Origin: Chiloscyllium plagiosum
Taxonomy: Eukaryota
Direction: 5' to 3'
NCBI RefSeq assembly: GCF_004010195.1
Contig: NC_057720.1
Coordinates: 20,039,680 to 20,103,679, forward strand
Length of the DNA stretch: 64,000 nt
Under the pieces are notes generated by a model. That model was given only the letters and a program-made list of their open reading frames with translations. It was not told the DNA's origin and ran no database searches. Numbering within the stretch: the stretch's first letter is position 1; every line of letters begins with the position of its first letter. The position numbers were made by a program, and so were the translations under genes. Positions 12,235-25,123 of the stretch are shown here, in pieces.

Positions 12235-13210
12235 GAATCCGCAAAATTATGGAAATGTAATGCAGAAGGAGTCCACTGGATGAATTGTGTCTACGCAACC
12301 AATAAACGAGCCATCCAACATAAACCGACTTTGCCACATTTGGCCCATAGCAGTGTAAGTGTCTTTCCAAACACCTTTCGAATGATTTAAGGGTTTCTGC
12401 CTCCAATGTCCTTCAAGGTTTTCGACCTCTGCCACTGTTAAAGCTTTGTCTCATCTCCCCCCTAATATTTCTACTAATCACTTTAATGTTACTGATTTCT
12501 GTGTTAGTATAATTAGGCATTCCCATTCACCCTACGCAAGTTTCTCATAATTTTGTATATCTTAAATCAAATCTCCCCTCTGCCTTTTCTGTTGCAACAA
12601 GAACAACTCCTACCTCTCCAATCTTTCCTATAGCTGCCATCCAGTTTTCAGTCTTAGCAATATTCTCATAAATCTTCTCTGTATCCTCTCTCACACAACT
12701 ACATCCTTTCTTCAATAAGATGACCTGAACAACATGCAGTACTCAAGTTATGGCCTGACAAATGATTTACATAGTTCCAGAATAACTTCCCGCTCTTGTA
12801 TTCTATATCTTGAATAATAAAGGAAACAATTCCATATGTCTTCTTAACCAAGTTACCTGTCCTGCAACCTGTGAACATTCACTCCAAAACCTTCCTCTAA
12901 CCCTCACAGTACTCTCCCATTAATTCTGCATTCCTTTGCCTTGTTTGATCTTCTTAAATGCATCACTTCACACTTTTATGGGTTGAATTCCATTTGCCAC
13001 TTTTCTGCCTACCTGACAAGTCATTTAATATCTTTCTGGAGTCAATAGTTTTCTACCTCACTAACAACCACGCGGTCAATTTCTGTGTCATCTGCAAGTT
13101 CCTTGATCATGCCCCCTAAATTGACATTAACAAATTGTTATGATATACCAGAAAAAGCAAGGGACCCAGCACTGAGCCTCATGGAACCCCATCAGAAATA
13201 GCCTTCCATT
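12235..13210 (-). mobile_element. Older CR1 RT/3' remnant
   Basis: Degenerate FADD and QGSVLGP regions (tgtgtcatctgcaa, ggacccagcactgagcc on the + strand) and a CR1 tail. Confidence 0.75.
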
Positions 13211-13734
13211 AAGAAACTGGTTCAGATGAAGAGATCAGACCCCAATAACCTGTCTTGGGTGGGCCCATTGTGCTCAGGTCAAGGGGGCAGAGGTGATGGC
13301 CTAGGCCAGAAGCAGCTGATGATTTCTGCCTGTGGCCCTGCTTCCAATAGCTAAGTTTGGCCCAATGACAATAGTCTCTTTGCTAAGATTATTGCAAACA
13401 GAGTGAGCAATGTTGAGGAAATTGACCCAAGGCAGAAGGTATTCCTAGTGGCAACCTAGGAATGAAATATTGCCATCTTAAATAAAATTGTCACAGGGGC
13501 AAAAAGAAACAGGAATGATCTTGCACTACTTTTTGGGGACATGGCAAAGGCGCACAACTTTCTCAGACATAAAATGGTCACAAAAGGCCCTCAGAGAATG
13601 GGGTCACCCAAAAGTTTCATCACTATGGGTGAAGACCTATACACCAAGACTGAAGACGTCAGAGTTGCTACCTGTCCAAAGAACCAAAATACTCACACAT
13701 TTCTAAGAATATGTTTTCATTTGATATTTGCAGA

Positions 13735-14990
13735 GGTATTACTATTATTGGATGAAGCAGTTACTAGGATTCCCAACAACATCAGCAGCATCAACAAGAA
13801 CATCATGCTAAAACTACTAGACCTGTGCCTCACAATTCACTTTACATTCAATGGACATGTATACAGGCAAATCAAAGGTACACCAATGGGGTCCCTGATA
13901 TCAGGATTGATAGCAGAAACAGTAATGGACTCAGAATGGACAGCCTTTCCCAGCATCCAACCCAAACTCTGGATCCGGTACATAGATGATACCTTTGTCA
14001 TCATTAAATGTACACAACTGGAAGAAACCCACCACCACATCAATAACATCCTCAATGGAATAAAGTTCACTAAAGAAGAGGAAAACAACAGCAGACTCAC
14101 CGTCCTGGACGTATTAGTGGAACACACACCGAATAGTGTACTCCAGATCAATGTGTATAGGAAGAACACCCATACAGATCAGATACTGAACTATAACAGC
14201 AACCACAGCAGCACCACAAACAAAGCTGCATTACAACACTATTCAAATGGGCAAGGACACAGTGCAGCAAACCAGAACTCCAGAAAGCAGAACACAAATA
14301 CCTATTCATGGGATTTAAATGAATCAGATACCCTGAGAGCACTACCCTCCAGTACTTATGCAACAAACCTAAAGAAGAAAATACTACACGACCAGACACG
14401 ATAGTGACCATACTGTACATCAAAGACATATCAGAAATGACTGCCTGACTATTCAGACACCTAGGAATCTTACATAAACCAGTAAACATCTTTCATTAGC
14501 TCCTCACAAAGGTTAAAGACCTGATATCCATATCCAACAGGATGACCATTAGATACCCTGTAAGGACTGTGAAAAACACTACATAGGAGAACAGGAAGAA
14601 AACTGACTATACAAGTGCAAAAACATCAGCTTGCCACTGCCAGACATGATCAGTACTTTCTCATTTCCAACCACGCAGACAATGAAGGACAGAAATTCAA
14701 ATGGGACAATGTAACCATCCTAGCACAGGCATAACAGAGACATGCCAAAGAATTCCTTAAAGCTTGGCACTCCAACTGGAATTCAATCAATAAACACATT
14801 AAATTAGGCCCCACATACAAAGTACTCAAACACAAAACCGGAAGTACTAAAAAACAGACGCACATAAATACCAGGCGGGACAGACCACCAATACTTTATC
14901 GAAGATGCACTGACGAAATCACCTAGAGAGGTGATGAAAAGTCTGCAGAAAAGCACACCAGCTCGACGACTGAATCTACGATCTCAGAGG
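13735..14990 (+). mobile_element. Penelope-like element (Poseidon-type): RT, GIY-YIG and 3' pLTR, 5'-truncated
   Basis: FTFNGHVYRQIKGTPMGS, WIRYIDDTFVII and VYRKNTHTDQILNYNSNH; frameshifted PCKDCEKHYIG and EFLKAWHS; hammerhead at the end. Confidence 0.92.
14906..14947 (+). ncRNA. Hammerhead motif in Penelope pLTR
   Basis: TGCA-CTGACGA-A-ATCACC(TAGAGA)GGTGAT-GAAAA-GTC-TGCA. Confidence 0.7.
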
Positions 14991-15309
14991 AATTAAAAAC
15001 CCTGGTTAAACTGCACCATATGATCAAGAACTCAATGAAAAAAAGTCATCCTCCACATCTTATCACCAATGGGATCTTCTACTGCAGCAAAGTGAGCAGA
15101 AGAATCGGTATCCACCAGAGGGCTCACCTGACAAAGTGATCTGACTTTGTTTAAATACAGTGGGCAAAATAACACCAAGGTATTGAATCTTTTATCACTC
15201 TCAAAGATAGAAAAGGCATCTTTGGCAAGAGTCAGTGGTGCTGCTTACAGAGGCAAACTCAGTGAACCTATTGATGTGATGGGCAGCCATTGAACTGGAA
15301 ATAAGGGCA

Positions 15310-15815
15310 AATTAATCAATATGTTGAAGGAATGTTGTCCAAAGCAGGGTTGGCAGAGACACCAGCAGCAGGAGTGGTCATGCTGGCAACTAGCAGTCTG
15401 GGGTAGGATGCTGGCGACCAGCAGCCAGAAGCAGAGACACCAGTGACCAGCAGCCCGGAGTGGGAATGTTGGCGACCAGCGGCTCAAAGCAGGGACATCA
15501 GCAGCCAGAAGGGGATGCCCTGTGCAGCGTGTGGTGGATACCAGTGATCAGACCGCGTGGAGGCCCCTGCACTGGTCTGATGTGAAGTACCTTTGGAGAG
15601 AGACTGTGTTGTTTCTCTTTTTAACTTTGTTTCTTGTTTTTCTGACCTATGGTAATACTATGTATATTTGTAATGTAACTTTTTTTTCTTCATTTCTCTA
15701 TTCTGTAACTAAGGGTTGTACGTAGGTACCTTTGCGCTTAAAATGGTGTTGTAAGTGGTGACTTCTAAACTTTTCACTGCACTCATTTGAATGAATAAAA
15801 CTAATTGAATTCAAT
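15310..15815 (+). mobile_element. Probable non-autonomous retroelement: GC-rich degenerate repeats and AT-rich tail
   Basis: Repeated gcgaccagcagcc-like units, then a tail ending aataaaactaattgaattc. Confidence 0.4.
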
Positions 15816-16744
15816 AAAGTGAACAAGACTTTAAAGTCAAGGAATCAGAACAAAATATTACAAAAACAACATTGACTCAGACACTTGGTTCAGAACTTCA
15901 TATCATAGTCAAAACTTGTTAATAGATTACTACTCAAATCAAATTGTACCCAAAAAAAGATCTATCATAAGTATGGAATGGTCAAGCATTGTCAGGTCCT
16001 TTAGGAGATGCAGGACTATGGTCAAATTACTTCCACACATCTTTAAATGTGCCTATTTGTGAAAAAAAAATGGATGAGTAGAAAGACACGAGATCTTGGC
16101 AAGTCTTTTTGCCAAGTGTGGGGACACTTTGGAACCTGGATTTAGTACTTAAGGAAGGACAAAAAATTGTTGTCGTCGACATCATCATGTTGGAAGAAAA
16201 TAATCATAAATTATTAGCAATGACTTGGGAGGAAACATGAACACTTGAAGGAGATTCTGGAATTGATGGTTGGCTGGTTCATTAAATTCTTTAGATTCAT
16301 CATGAGACATGGGTGAAATGGCTCAAAAAATAATGGACTCATTCATTTCCTCAAGATCCAGAAATACAAATCCTTCATGCAGCTTATCTCAAAACCACTT
16401 CTTTGACACTTCAACTGGTGCCGATTTTCAGAGCGAAGTGATAATCATCCATCATGACCCCACAAGGCTTGAGGACAAGTGTCCAAAACAGAAAGGTCAT
16501 TCAGTATCCAAATGGTTAATGTATGGACTGTATATAGGTGATGAAAAATACTTGAATCTGATGGGTAGGTATGGTGCACTGCTCCATATGAGGAGCAGAT
16601 TGACTTCATACTGTTGTTTTTGACAAGTCACCATTAGTAGTTATGTGTTTTGTAGTTGTATGTTTGTTTTCATTATATTAAATGTACTTGGCCTTTTCTA
16701 TGTAAATAATTAAAACTAATTAAAGTGCATAATGATCACATGAT

Positions 16745-18425
16745 GTATTGAGGGTTGTGGTGGTCAGTCAGCTCAGTCCCAGGACATCACTGCAAATGTA
16801 TTTCCAAACATCTTCAGCTGCTTCTTTCCTTTCATCAGAAGGTCAAACTTTCTGAAGTAGTCTATGTCCAACACAAGAAGACCCGAATAATATTCAGATT
16901 AGGGCTGAAAAGTGGCAAGTAACATTCATGCCTCACAAGTGTGAGGCAATGACCATCTCCAAAAAGTGGGAATCTTTAACTATCTCCTTTTGATATTCAA
17001 TGACATATCATCCCTAAATTCCCTCCCTATCAACATCTTGAGGATTATCATGGACCTGAAACTAAATTGGACCAGCTTTGTTAATATTTTGTCTACAAGA
17101 ACAGTTCACGGGTCATGAGCAACTCACTTCCAAATTCCAAGTTATTGAGGTAAATCCTGAAATTATGCCAGGGAATCTCTTGGCATCCAATTTACCCCTT
17201 ATCTATGTGATTGTTTAAAAGGATGAGGAAAAGAGCATTGGTAGAAAATAAACGAGTTGAATGATGGACAGAGACGAAGGTGACCATCTTGATGTACTGG
17301 GTAACTGTCTCATATTCATTGATAAGAAAGGTTCGAAAAAGTGATTCGCATTAGGTAAAATACAGCCCCGGGAAATAGAGTAAATTATACTGATGATTAC
17401 TTCAAAGCAGGGAGCAGTCCTTGTTAGGTGGCAGTCCTGTTAGACAGCTGTTTTCTTCAGATCGAAGATGGCTCAGGAGGATGGAGGAAGACCACAGGAA
17501 AAGCTCCCTAACATTTTGGTTAGAGAGCAGAATGCTGCTAAGACAAACTTTTAAGATCAACAGGGCACTGGCCCAAAACGTCGACTTTCCTGCTCCTCAG
17601 ATACTGCCTGACCTGCTGTGCTTTTCCAGCAACACACTCTCAACTATTAAGATCAACAGTCTATCCTAATCAGCAGTTTGACTTCTGCTATCAGTGAAGA
17701 CTCTCAGCAATCACCTGGTTATGTGTTCCCTGTCTATTAAGCTACTAGCATCTAAACTCTTTATTTTGATAAAATAGAATTACTCAACTGCCTAGTTTAG
17801 TTATCAGTACCTCCCAAAGATGAGAGGAGCTCCAACAACACTGGACACCACCCAAGATAAAGCATTAGCATTACATCCATTACCTTAAGCAATTAATTCT
17901 CTCCCACCCCAACACAACACAGAGTGGCAGCACTGTGTAGCATCTACAAGATTCACTGCAGCAAGACAAGGACCCTGGGCCTGGATGGGGTTTGTGATGT
18001 ATACCAGGGCCAAACAGCTAACCCTTGGGCTCTAGTGGGCCCACTGTGCTTGGATTGGAAGCAGGGTTGCTGCACTTAGGTCAGGGGCTGGGTATAGGAT
18101 CAGCAGTCCAAGCCAACAGCAACACTGGGATCTCTGATCTTTTTTCATCCCTGTCCCTTCGACGGCACTTTCCAAACTCTTGATCTTTTCCATCAAGAAG
18201 GACAAGAGTAGCTGATGCCACTGCATTCAGGTTACCCTCCAAGCCACACATTGGCTTGACTTGGAAGGAGATCCTTCGCCTTGTTGGGTCAAAATTTTGG
18301 AGCTCCCATTCTAACAGAATTGTAGTTGCATTACGGAGCAAGAAGGCTGCTCACCAACACCTCCAAACGGCAATTAAGGATGGACAATAAATGGTGACTT
18401 AGCCAGCGATGCCCACATTAACTGA
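16745..18425 (+). mobile_element. Fragments of an older APE-RT LINE family (discontinuous)
   Basis: tcagctgcttc, aagtggcaagtaacattc, and tail aaggctgctcaccaacacctcc...gatggacaataaatg...gcccacat. Confidence 0.55.
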
Positions 18426-18619
18426 AAAAGTTTTTAAAAAGTTAAATTCCCTCAACACCAGGTATTATTGACAATATAATTCACAATCAATTCCAATGAC
18501 TTGTTTTTAAAATTGCACACAGTTCTTTTAAAATTGCAAACAGTTCTTTACAGTTTCCTTGGTTTAAAGCAGTATCTTTTCTCATTTTTAGTCCATAATT
18601 CATAAGTGTTATGACCCCG

Positions 18620-18712
18620 AGGCAGGGTCCCAGGTTTGATTCCAGCCTCGGGCGACTGTTTGTGTGGAGTTTGCACATTCTCCCCGTGTCTGCGTGGGTT
18701 TCCTCTGGGTGT
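18620..18712 (+). mobile_element. HE1-type SINE 5' fragment
   Basis: tgtgtggagtttgcacattctccccgtgtctgcgtgggtttcctc (V domain). Confidence 0.8.
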
Positions 18713-18974
18713 CTTTACAATAGCAACTGGAAAGAAATTCTTCATGTTGAAAATTGGTAAATGTTGCTTTCCTTATTTACTAAAACATGTAAGTAATACC
18801 TAAGGAAAAACTAAGGGCCATAAAAGACAATAATGTTCCTTTTTGTGAAGAGGCAGAATGTGTTGGTATGATTTTTAATCAAAATTTTATTTTGCAAAAG
18901 AAGGTGACAATGTGGATATTGTAGATAATGAGGAGTGTGAAGTATTGGATGTAATAGACATAGGGAAAAAGGAG

Positions 18975-19177
18975 GTCTGGATGTAGGTTTGTTTGCTGAG
19001 CTGGAAGGTTCGTTTTCAGACGTTTCATCACCATACTAGGCTTTATTTGGCTTCATCCGGAGGCTCACTGAAGATATTACCTATTAGGTGATGAAATGTC
19101 TGAAAACGAACTTCCAGCTCAGCGAGCAAACCTACATCCAGAACGTCAACCTGAGCTACAAATATTCTCAAAAACTC
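18975..19177. mobile_element. Poseidon-type pLTR with inverted partial copy and 11-bp TSD
   Basis: 18976-19035 is inverted relative to 19085-19141; ggaaaaaggag at 18964-18974 and 19178-19188. Confidence 0.85.
19065..19103 (+). ncRNA. Hammerhead motif
   Basis: TCA-CTGAAGA-T-ATTACC(TATTA)GGTGAT-GAAAT-GTC-TGA. Confidence 0.65.
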
Positions 19178-19529
19178 GGAAAAAGGAGTGTTCATTGGCG
19201 TAGCATCCTTGAAATTGGAGAAAGCAGGAGGGTCAAATGACTTGTACGCTAGGCTGTTGAAAGAAACCAGGAAGGAACTAGCAGAACGCTTGATCAGGTT
19301 TGGTACCAGAGAAATGGAATATGTTGCATCTTTGTTCAAAAGTGAGTGATGGTCAGACTGAATAATTATACACAAGTCAGTGTAATCTCAGTAGTGAGCA
19401 AATTATTCAAATCAATCCTGAGAGATAAGGTAGACTATAACTTAGAAAAGCACTGATTAATCGAGAATAGCCAGCATGAACCTATTAAGAAATGACTGTG
19501 TCAAACAACAGAATTTGTTTTGAGGAATC

Positions 19530-20445
19530 ATTTATATAAATGATTTGGATGTGAACATGGAAGGTATAGTTAGTAAGTTTGCAGATGACACCAAAATTGG
19601 ATGTGTAGTGGACAGTGAAGAAGGCTATCTCAGAGTACAACAGGATCTTATCAGATGGGCCAATGGTTCGAAGAGCAGCAGGTTGAGTTTAATTTAGATA
19701 AATATGAGGTGTTGCAATTTAGGAAGACAAATCAGAGCAGGACTTATACACTTAATGGTAAGGTCCTACAAGTGTTGCTGCACAAAGGGACCTTGGAGTG
19801 CAGGTTCATTGTTCCTTGAAAGTGGAATCGCATATAGATAGGATAGTGAAGAAGGCTTTTGATATGCTTTCCTTTATTGGTCAGAGCATTGAGTGTACGA
19901 GTTGGGAGGTGATGTTGCAGCTGTACAGGACATTGGTGCAATTCTGGTCTCCCTCCTAAGAGAACGATATTGTGAAACTTGAAATGGCTCAGAAACAATT
20001 TGCAAGAATATTGCCAGGATTGGAGGGTTTGAGCTACAGGGAAAGGCTGAATAGGCTGGGGCTGTTTTCCCTGGAGCGTTGGAGGCTGAGGGGTGACTTT
20101 TTAGAGGTTTCTAAAATCATTAGAGGGTAAATATACAAGGCCTTTTACCTGGGGTAGGAGAGTTCAGAACTAGAGGGCATGGACTTTGGGTGAGGGGGAA
20201 AGATTTAAAAGGGACCTAAGGGGCAACTTTTTCACACAGAGGGTGGTGTGTGTGTAGAATGAGCTGCCAGAGGAAGTGGTGGAGGCTGGTACAATTACAA
20301 CATTTAAAAGTCATTGGAATAGGAATGGTGTAGAGAGATATGGGCCAAGTGCTGGCAAATGGGACTAGATTAATTTAGGATATCTGTCAGCATGGACGAG
20401 TTGGATCAAAGGGTCTGTTTCTGTGTTGTACATCTCTATGACTTT
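19530..20445 (+). mobile_element. CR1 RT to 3' end
   Basis: SKFADDTKIG motif and tail gtacatctctatgact. Confidence 0.9.
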
Positions 20446-20652
20446 AAGTAACGAGCAGAATTGATGAAGGTATTAGAGTTTTATGGTCTACATGAATTTT
20501 AGCAAGGTTTTGACAAGGTCCCGCATGGCAAACTGGTTAAAAAAATGTCTATGGAAATGTAGCAAACTGTAACCAATCTAAATGGTGCCCACGCCAAGGT
20601 TTTACACAACTTCTCTAAGTTGTTCACTTCTTACTATGGCCACCAGCAAATA

Positions 20653-20940
20653 GATTAGAGCGGAAACAGGCCATTTGGCCCAACAAGTCCACACCAACCC
20701 TCTGAAGTCACCCACCCAGACCCATTTCCCTCTGACTAATGCACCTAACACTATAGGCAATTTAGCATCGCCAATTCACCCAACTTGCACATCTTTGGAC
20801 TGTGGGAGTAAATCGGAGCACCCGAAGGAAACCCACACAGACAGAATGTGCAAACTCCACACAGATAGTCACCTGAGGCTGGAATCAAACCTGGGTCCCT
20901 GGTGCTATGAGGCAACAGCGCTAACCACTGGCCCACCTTG
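20653..20940 (-). mobile_element. HE1-type tRNA-derived SINE, near full length
   Basis: A/B box head (cagtggttagcgc...ggtttgattcc), V domain and CR1-like tail. Confidence 0.85.
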
Positions 20941-21159
20941 CTACAAACATTATGACTTAGATGTTTAAGAAATCAGGGGATTGGAACTTCTGGCCGTGAG
21001 CCTCAATGTTGACCAAGCATGGAGTGCTGTACCAACAAGCGTAAGTGACCAGTTGTAGACCTAGTGGTCCTCCATTTTGCGCGGTCTGACTCCAACTGGT
21101 GGAGAGTTTTTCTCTGTGGCTGATTCTTTGCTGTATGATTCTTTGACTCTGTTTCCTAT

Positions 21160-21760
21160 TGACTCTAGTTTCTCTGGGGCTCCTTGTTACTACACTTGGT
21201 AAAATATTGCCATGTTGTGTAGGGCAGTCACTCTCACCTCACCTCTAGAGTTTAGCTCTTTTATTCACGTTTGGACCAAAGCTGTAAAGAGCTCAGGTCC
21301 TGAGTGGACCTGACAGCACCCAAACTCGGTATCAATGGGTAAGTATTGCTGAGCAAGTGTTGCTTGACAGCTTCGTCGAACATCCTATCCATCACTTTTC
21401 TGATGATTAAGAGTAGATGAATGGGGCAACAATTGGCCAGGTTGGATTTGACCTGTTTTTTGTGGCCAGTCATACCTGAGTAATTTTCCACATTGCCAGG
21501 TAGATGCCAGTGTTGTGTCTGTACTGGAACAGTTTGACTGACTTGTCAATAATTCTGAAGCATAATTTTCATTAATATTGCTGATATGTTGTTAGGACCT
21601 CCAGGCATATCCAGTTCCTTCCACCGTATCTTAATGTCACATGGGAGTGGCTCAATACACCATCTGTTATCTGGGGAAATTGAGGAAAAGGCCAAAATGG
21701 ACATCCACTCTGCATTTTTACTTGATAATGCTTTAGCCTTATCTAGTCTTTTGCACTGAT
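21160..21760 (-). mobile_element. Older APE-RT LINE, RT N-terminal region
   Basis: HKKQVKSNLANCCPIHLLLIIRKVM, a degenerate NYRPISLL motif. Confidence 0.7.
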
Positions 21761-21769
21761 ATAGATATT

Positions 21770-22217
21770 TGGAGATGGATATAGGTTTGTTCGCTGAAGG
21801 TTCATTTTCAGATGTTTCATCACCATACTAGGTAACATTCTCAGTGAGCCTCTGGACGAAGCACTGTTGATGGTTCCTACTTTTTATTTCTATGTTTGGG
21901 TTTCCTTGGATTGTTGATGTTGTTTCCTGTGGCGATGTCATTTCCTGTTCTTTTTCTCAGGAGGTGGTAAATGGGGTCCAAGTCAATGTGTTTGTTGATA
22001 GAGTTCTGATTGGAATGCCATGCTTCTAGGAATTCTCATGTGCATCTCTGTTTGGCTTGTCCTAGGATGGATGTGTTGTACCAGTCAAAGTGGTGTCCTT
22101 CCTTATCTGTATGTAAGGATACAAGTGAGAGAGGGTCATATCGTTTGTGGCTAGTTGATGTTCATGTATCCTGGTGGGTAGTTTTCTGCCTGTTTGTCCA
22201 ATATAGTGTTTGTTACA
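21770..22217 (-). mobile_element. Penelope 3' end (GIY-YIG and pLTR)
   Basis: CNKHYIGQTGRKL...EFLEAWHS on the minus strand; degenerate hammerhead at ~21810-21848. Confidence 0.85.
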
Positions 22218-22234
22218 TCTACATCAACTGCATA

Positions 22235-24541
22235 GGAAAAAATATTTTAAAACTCCAACTACTTAACTAAATAAATAATAACCAACAACAAACTAATAAA
22301 TAATAATAATACAGACCATCCAAACAAAACACTCACTCTTCAATATCAAGAGCATTAGTTTTCACATATACATGCAGTCACAGTTCCCCCTCTCTGGATA
22401 TTGGATTTGTAGAGCACAATCATTACGGCTATATAAAAGCTCTTATTAGTGTGACAGACGAATCTGTGTCTAGGTATTCCAAAAAGGGCCGCCATGTCTT
22501 ATAGAAATTCTTAGTTTTGTGGTGTACCATACATTGAGAAAATCCAAGAGGATATGCTCTATAACAATCTTCCTCCAACCTAACAGGCCTGGGAGATTTT
22601 CGGATACCCAAACTAACAAGATATTCTTTCTTGTGCAGAAAATGACGATGTTGAAAAGTTTTATCTTATGCGCATCTACAGGGAACAAACTGGGCAGGCC
22701 AAGAAGAAGAGAGATCGAGTCTTTCTCACCCTTACACCCAAAATCCCTTCCATTGCACCTACCACAACAATCCAGTATGTTTGAAGCCTACTACAGGACC
22801 AGAGACAATGGGTAAGAGTGCCTGTACCGACCTGCACTTGGCACATGTTGAAGATACCCTTGGTTTAAATTTTGACAAATAATCCGGAGCCAAGTGGACT
22901 TTGTGGAGAATCTTCAACTGTAAAACATGGATCCTATTGCAAATTGATATCTTTCTTGTGTTTTCCCAAATATCTTCCCAAGCCTCTGAGGAGACCCCAA
23001 CGCCTAGCTCTCTCTCCCACACCCTGCAGTTGATTGAACTCATCTCAGGGGATGCCCCCCCTGCCCCCCCCCCCAACTGAGCACAAAAAGTGCTGACAGA
23101 AAGTGCATTCTTAGCACTGAGCACCTTCCTCTCTATGTCGGACTTGTAGGGATCAGTCAAAAATGTAGCTTTTTTTGAATAAAATCCCTAACTTGAAAAC
23201 ATTGAAAGATATCTGTTAGGTAATTCGTATTTCCATGGTAACTGATCAAAGGACATTGTTGTGTCTCTCTCAATAAATCACCCATGCAAGACACACCCCT
23301 AGCTGCCCAATGTTTGAATCCTGAATCTATCATCCCCAGTTGAAAACCAGGCATACCCACTATAGGTGTAAGAAAAGATGTTTTGCCAATATTGCCTTCC
23401 CTCTGCCAAATTGCCCTCCATGCTTTAACAGTGTTGGTAACTATTGGGTTATGGCAATATTTCCTAACTGTCCTCATTTTGTCCAAAAACAGCAAGCTAG
23501 TAAGGGGGCACCCTCCCTGAGAAGTTTCGATATCTAGCCAGCTTGAAAGAGAGTCCCCACAAGCCCAATCATTCTCATTGGATAAAAACAAGCTTAGTTG
23601 ATAGTTTTTAATGTCCCGGAGATCCACTCCCCTCAATCTGTGAGGCAATTGCAGTTTAGCTAATTTAATAAGGGGCCGCTTACAATGCCAAATAAAACGA
23701 GTCAAAACAGCCGTTCAGTCTCTTGAATATTTGCTTATCGAAAATCAGGGGGAGTATCCGTATGGGGAACAACAAACAGGGGAGAATATTCATCTTAATA
23801 AGTGCTATCCAACCTAACCATGAGACTGGAAGCACCTCCCAACTTTGAAGGTCTTGTTTGATTTTGTCGAATAATTGTACAAAATTAGCTTTGAACAATC
23901 GATCAAGAACTGGATGACAAATATGCCCAAATACAGAAAACCTCCCTGTGACCACTTCAATGCAAATCAATATTCGCCCTCAAGACCTAGCACCTTTGTA
24001 AGACCACCCATAGGAATAATCCTGTTGGCTGACCCTAAAAATGTTAAAATCGCTTGGTCATACCCCATTGGTGACGACCGCAGCGAGGTCACCGTAGAGT
24101 ACCTTTACCCATCTTATGAAGTCTTTACCCAAGCCAAACACCCCCAGAGTATAAAAAGTATAAAATTCAACTTGGTCAAATGCCTTCTCTGCATCTAGAG
24201 AAATCAGCAATCCCTGTATTGACTGTTATTGACATGCTTGAATTACATTAAACAGCCTCCTAACATTATTGGAGGATCTGCGGCCCTTTCTGAAGCCCAT
24301 CTGGTTCTCTTTAACAATAGAAGGTAACACAGTCTAAATGCAAAAGGCTTAAAGAGGATTCTGAAGTCCACATTTAAGAGTGAAATGGGCCTGCAAGAAG
24401 CACAGTCCTCCAAGACCTTCCCTTTTTTAAGAATAAGTGAAATATCGGCCTCTCTCAGAAATGGCGGGAGACAATCATGACTGTGTGAGTCTTTGAACAT
24501 GTTGAGCATCGGGTCTGACACTATGTTTATAAATTCCTTAT
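22235..24541 (-). mobile_element. L1/Tx1-clade LINE ORF2 3' half
   Basis: RPISLLNVDFRIL, EKAFD, IALIKMNILP, FIWHCKRP, a CxxC...HxxxxC zinc knuckle and a GT-rich 3' UTR. Confidence 0.92.
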
Positions 24542-24623
24542 GGGGGGATCCAAGATGGCGGCGACCCAGCAAGTCTGAGTCTATAGTGTTCCTCCCAAGA
24601 CTTGGGCAAAGTGGGCCACCCAC
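24542..24623 (+). mobile_element. L1 5' terminus running into the gap
   Basis: ggggggatccaagatggcggcg (YY1-type CAAGATGGC), homologous to the L1 start at 43278. Confidence 0.7.
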
Positions 24624-25123
24624 NNNNNNNNNNNNNNNNNNNNNNNNNNNNNNNNNNNNNNNNNNNNNNNNNNNNNNNNNNNNNNNNNNNNNNNNNNNNN
24701 NNNNNNNNNNNNNNNNNNNNNNNNNNNNNNNNNNNNNNNNNNNNNNNNNNNNNNNNNNNNNNNNNNNNNNNNNNNNNNNNNNNNNNNNNNNNNNNNNNNN
24801 NNNNNNNNNNNNNNNNNNNNNNNNNNNNNNNNNNNNNNNNNNNNNNNNNNNNNNNNNNNNNNNNNNNNNNNNNNNNNNNNNNNNNNNNNNNNNNNNNNNN
24901 NNNNNNNNNNNNNNNNNNNNNNNNNNNNNNNNNNNNNNNNNNNNNNNNNNNNNNNNNNNNNNNNNNNNNNNNNNNNNNNNNNNNNNNNNNNNNNNNNNNN
25001 NNNNNNNNNNNNNNNNNNNNNNNNNNNNNNNNNNNNNNNNNNNNNNNNNNNNNNNNNNNNNNNNNNNNNNNNNNNNNNNNNNNNNNNNNNNNNNNNNNNN
25101 NNNNNNNNNNNNNNNNNNNNNNN
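24624..25123. other. Assembly gap (500 N, probably fixed-size scaffolding join)
   Basis: Run of exactly 500 N. Confidence 0.98.

Noticed and set aside
16309..16623. 104-aa ORF in non-repeat DNA
   Set aside because: No recognisable domain or splice support.
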